The notes below the pieces were generated by a model that saw nothing but the letters and a program-made list of their open reading frames with translations, was not told the DNA's origin and searched no databases. DNA of 17,445 bases. Source: an uncultured Halobacteria archaeon (lineage in GTDB: Archaea; Halobacteriota; Syntropharchaeia; Alkanophagales; Methanospirareceae). The translations under genes were made by a program, and so were the position numbers. This document shows positions 15,044 to 17,445 of this stretch, piece after piece (position 1 is the first letter of the stretch; every line of letters starts with the position of its first letter). Location: positions 1-17,445 of the forward strand of contig CAZOEM010000009.1 in NCBI GenBank assembly GCA_964578735.1, in the 5' to 3' direction.

Positions 15044-15805
15044 ATGGAACCAGTTATAGAAGCGGTGGTACCCGTTATTGCGGTTAGCGTATTCATAGCA
15101 GGGCTATTTTACGTTTTTTATTCGGTTGCGGTAAAAGGGTCTGAATCGCCACTGCGTTTCTATAACCACTTTGATAAAGGCTACCATGAGTATTCGCGTA
15201 ATAAAAAGGTAAAAGAAAAGATGATAGAATACAGGACCTTTTCGGGCGTTGGAGCCCCCTCTTTTTTGCGATCTGTCCTGCCATTCACCCTTTTTATCGC
15301 CCTTATACTCATTCTTCTATTCAAGATTGTCTTTTTCACTGTTATTGTCTCTGATAGTATGCAACCCACGTTCAAAAAGGGGGACCTTGTACTAATGCAA
15401 AAAATATCTACCGCGCCAGAGGCGGGAGACATAATCATGTTTGAGCAGAAGAAGATTATTCTTCCCGTTACGCATAGGGTTATCGCCGCAACTGATGAAG
15501 GATCAAAGACGGGGGGGGACGCGAGAGGGGTAACAGACCCCTGGAGTGTGCAAAACGAAGCGATCATGGCTAAAGCCGTGCAGATAGGTGGTAGACCCAT
15601 AGTACTGGAAGACGTTGGCAATTATTTCATTCTGGAGACAAGCGAAATGGGCTATAACCCCAACTATGGCTCGGAATATGCGTTTATGAAGGGTGTCTTT
15701 TCTCTGCTGCGCTTCTATGGGTATGTAGTGTGCGTTATTGCAGTCATGGGCTATGTGTTACTGTCTTTAAATGAGAGGAAGAGGAGGGGGAATGTACAAC
15801 TATAA
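15044..15805 (+). CDS. signal peptidase I, ER/archaeal S26B type (Sec11/SipW-like), 253 aa
   Basis: Box B is VSDSMQPTF (Ser nucleophile) and box C is KGDLVLM. Box D is VTHRVIA, with His rather than Lys as general base, which is the S26B hallmark. Box E-like is GGDARGVTDPW. There is a TM helix before the catalytic domain, a C-terminal TM helix, and an extra N-terminal TM plus a 60-aa loop. Confidence 0.8.
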   Translation: MEPVIEAVVPVIAVSVFIAGLFYVFYSVAVKGSESPLRFYNHFDKGYHEYSRNKKVKEKMIEYRTFSGVGAPSFLRSVLPFTLFIALILILLFKIVFFTVIVSDSMQPTFKKGDLVLMQKISTAPEAGDIIMFEQKKIILPVTHRVIAATDEGSKTGGDARGVTDPWSVQNEAIMAKAVQIGGRPIVLEDVGNYFILETSEMGYNPNYGSEYAFMKGVFSLLRFYGYVVCVIAVMGYVLLSLNERKRRGNVQL

Positions 15806-16118
15806 GCGGATGCTTCTCTTTATTGGTCTCGTAGCCGCAATTATCGCCGCCATGCCAAACACAATATCCTTGTTCGGTGGGGATCATACAATGCCACGAG
15901 AAGTCGCTTGTGACCGGTGTCATGAACCGCGCGAAGTGGGGTCTTCTGCTTTGGGCATGTACAGGGGTGATGAATCCTGTGCTAGTTGTCACCACTGCAA
16001 TCTAGCCAATTACACAGCGCTAAGAGAAAATGGCACGGGTGCATGTACGGAATGCCATGAAATTGGCCTCGGGTGTCCACGTGAAGGGAGATTTACAAAA
16101 AAGATACAAAATGACTGA
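15792..16118 (+). CDS. mini trihaem c-type cytochrome, paralog 3, 108 aa from the ATG at 15792
   Basis: GGAGGGGG lies immediately upstream of the ATG at 15792, and the gene overlaps the signal peptidase 3' end by 14 nt. The leader MYNYKRMLLFIGLVAAIIAAMPNTISLFGGDHTM shares its register with paralogs 1 and 2 (P22, S26, F28, G30, H32, T33). Haem motifs are CDRCH, CASCH and CTECH. Confidence 0.7.
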   Translation: MYNYKRMLLFIGLVAAIIAAMPNTISLFGGDHTMPREVACDRCHEPREVGSSALGMYRGDESCASCHHCNLANYTALRENGTGACTECHEIGLGCPREGRFTKKIQND

Positions 16119-16929
16119 TGATATGCCACAAACCAGGATCACAATGTCGATAACGGAAAAAGTAGGCCTGGGTATTACACTAATCATAGCAATATCCCTA
16201 ATTGGCTATGCCATATTTTCTTTGTTAATAGACCTACTATTGCTGCATTTGGATTGGTTCGCCATTGTGATCGATTTAATATCGCTCGCTATTGGGATCG
16301 CACTTGGCTATTTCTCCATTCGCATATATAAGAAATCGGTATATTACGAGGGATTAGTGAATTCCGCATTTGACGAGGGTATATATGCGCGATTGGAACC
16401 GGTACTGCGAAAAGTTGCGGAGACGCACGTGGAAATGGGTGGTTTAGAAAGTCGGTTAGATATAATTGATCGTAAAGTTCAAACAGTCATAGACGAGCAG
16501 GTGAACTTGGAATCGCAATTAGAAGTAGAAAAGGCAATTGCTCCGGGAACGTCTATGGGCTTTATAATAAAAACCATCCTCTTAGCCCTAATCACGATGT
16601 CCGGTTTTCTGTTCATGATCTCTACCTCAATAGGATATGCGCATTTTGCTACTCTTCTCTTTTTCATCCTCTGGTGGTTGCTCATATCTCATGAATTCAA
16701 ACTCTTTAATAACTCTGCTGCATGGGTGATGATCTTTGCCCCTATTCTTAGTGTTCCCGTTGGCTATATGATCCTGGATTGGAACCTCGGACTTAATCCA
16801 AACAATCTGGTTGCTCTCTTTTATCTCTGCCTCGTGTTATATGTCTTCTTATACTTCTGTTGGGCTGTATATGAGACAAAGGGGACGCTGCCTTTTAGTA
16901 GCCTTAATAGATATTTAAATAAGAAGTGA
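16111..16929 (+). CDS. hypothetical polytopic membrane protein (2 TM + about 80-aa coiled-coil-like loop + 4 TM), 272 aa from the ATG at 16111
   Basis: The start overlaps the paralog-3 stop (ATGACTGA, 8-nt overlap). TM segments include GLGITLIIAISLIGYAIFSLL, FAIVIDLISLAIGIALGYF, FIIKTILLALITMSGFLFMI, FATLLFFILWWLLI, AAWVMIFAPILSVPVGYMIL and LVALFYLCLVLYVFLYFCWAV. No family recognised. Confidence 0.6.
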   Translation: MTDDMPQTRITMSITEKVGLGITLIIAISLIGYAIFSLLIDLLLLHLDWFAIVIDLISLAIGIALGYFSIRIYKKSVYYEGLVNSAFDEGIYARLEPVLRKVAETHVEMGGLESRLDIIDRKVQTVIDEQVNLESQLEVEKAIAPGTSMGFIIKTILLALITMSGFLFMISTSIGYAHFATLLFFILWWLLISHEFKLFNNSAAWVMIFAPILSVPVGYMILDWNLGLNPNNLVALFYLCLVLYVFLYFCWAVYETKGTLPFSSLNRYLNKK

Positions 16930-16939
16930 AAAGAAAAAG

Positions 16940-16956
16940 CGAAAAGTTTTTAAATA
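16940..16956 (+). promoter_or_regulatory. BRE/TATA-like promoter of the terminal cytochrome gene
   Basis: GCGAAAAG followed by TTTTTAAATA closely resembles the histone promoter CCGAAAAGCTTTTATATA. It lies about 31 nt upstream of the ATG at 16987, implying a short leader. Confidence 0.45.
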
Positions 16957-16986
16957 GATGTATCCCTATACAAATACAACGGGAAA

Positions 16987-17445
16987 ATGAACAAAAAATT
17001 AGTCTGTGCTGTTATAGCCATAGTAGTAGTAATAGGGATGATAGCAGGCTGTGTTAAGGAGCCAGTGTCGAAAGAGCCGGTAGTGGTAACGCCGACTGTG
17101 GCACCAACCGCGCCACCAACTGCAAAACCAACCGCGCCGCCGATTATGGAAATGACGACAAGTTGTGAGATGTGTCATAAGACAGAATCGACAGCTGAGT
17201 TGGGTAAGCATGTAACGGGCGGGTTATTGGTCAATGGTAAACCAGGCTGTTTCAACTACTGGGGCTGTCATGGCGCGAATAATGCAACCGTACATACGGT
17301 CCATCCACCAGGGAAAGTTGGATGTGCAGCATGTCATGGCACGGAAGCACCTACGAAACCACCAATTGGTCCTGGCGGGACAACCTGTGAGCTATGCCAC
17401 GGGTATCCAAAGCCATTAGAGCCAAGCGAAGGAAACCTCGTTTGG
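16987..17445 (+). CDS. lipobox-bearing multihaem c-type cytochrome with Pro/Thr-rich linker, 5' partial (153 codons, runs off the window)
   Basis: Absent from the ORF track because it has no stop, so translated by hand: MNKKLVCAVIAIVVVIGMIAGC|VKEPVSKEPVVVTPTVAPTAPPTAKPTAPP.... Haem motifs CEMCH, CAACH and CELCH follow, plus CFNYWGCH. IAGC is lipobox-like. The frame stays open to the last base. Confidence 0.7.
   Translation, partial: MNKKLVCAVIAIVVVIGMIAGCVKEPVSKEPVVVTPTVAPTAPPTAKPTAPPIMEMTTSCEMCHKTESTAELGKHVTGGLLVNGKPGCFNYWGCHGANNATVHTVHPPGKVGCAACHGTEAPTKPPIGPGGTTCELCHGYPKPLEPSEGNLVW

Noticed and set aside
13295-16685. Minus-strand ORFs over the small-cytochrome/peptidase cluster (13295-13624, 13653-14021, 14005-14325, 14039-14464, 14389-14613, 14585-14788, 15093-15284, 15181-15621, 15744-15995, 16479-16685)
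   Set aside because: The plus-strand frames carry paralogous leaders, CxxCH motifs and S26 catalytic boxes. The minus-strand ORFs span intergenic T-tracts and RBSs (for example 14039-14464 crosses the paralog 1/2 spacer) and have no motifs.
16999-17419. ORFs 16999-17211 (-) and 17234-17419 (+)
   Set aside because: Both lie inside the open frame that starts at 16987. That frame has a lipobox leader, a Pro/Thr linker and three CxxCH motifs and stays open to the window end.

Overview
This is an archaeal chromosomal window. Archaeal markers are a family-B DNA polymerase, an HMf-type histone, NadM-type NMN adenylyltransferase, a tandem-duplicated tRNA-splicing endonuclease, an ER/archaeal-type S26B signal peptidase, the Ahb alternative haem pathway, and BRE/TATA-like promoters. 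The left half (1-8833) holds housekeeping and transport genes: a CPA2 cation/proton antiporter with a TrkA-N/USP regulator, polB, a histone, nadM, a DJ-1/PfpI protein, endA and small membrane proteins. The right half (about 8834-17445) is a c-type cytochrome island. It contains an octahaem, sequon-rich secreted cytochrome, a fused AhbA-AhbB siroheme decarboxylase and a NirJ-like radical-SAM haem-synthesis enzyme. After these comes a compact same-strand cluster: two tandem paralogous small multihaem cytochromes, an S26B signal peptidase, a third mini-cytochrome paralog overlapping the peptidase stop, an overlapping 6-TM coiled-coil membrane protein, and a truncated lipobox cytochrome with a Pro/Thr linker. 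The three small cytochromes share a leader of identical register and a conserved predicted cleavage site, followed by an invariant His. I propose, as inference, a dedicated processing and assembly system for extracellular, possibly polymerising, cytochromes, organised like tapA-sipW-tasA. Other observations are CxCH in place of CxxCH, a repeated intergenic element flanking the radical-SAM gene, a 21-nt palindrome on the ahbAB stop, in-gene tandem repeats and a structured G+C-rich intergenic island. No tRNA, rRNA, CRISPR array or transposase was seen. The gene content fits a Methanosarcinales-like methanotroph (ANME-2/Methanoperedens) or Archaeoglobi, but this is only a guess.
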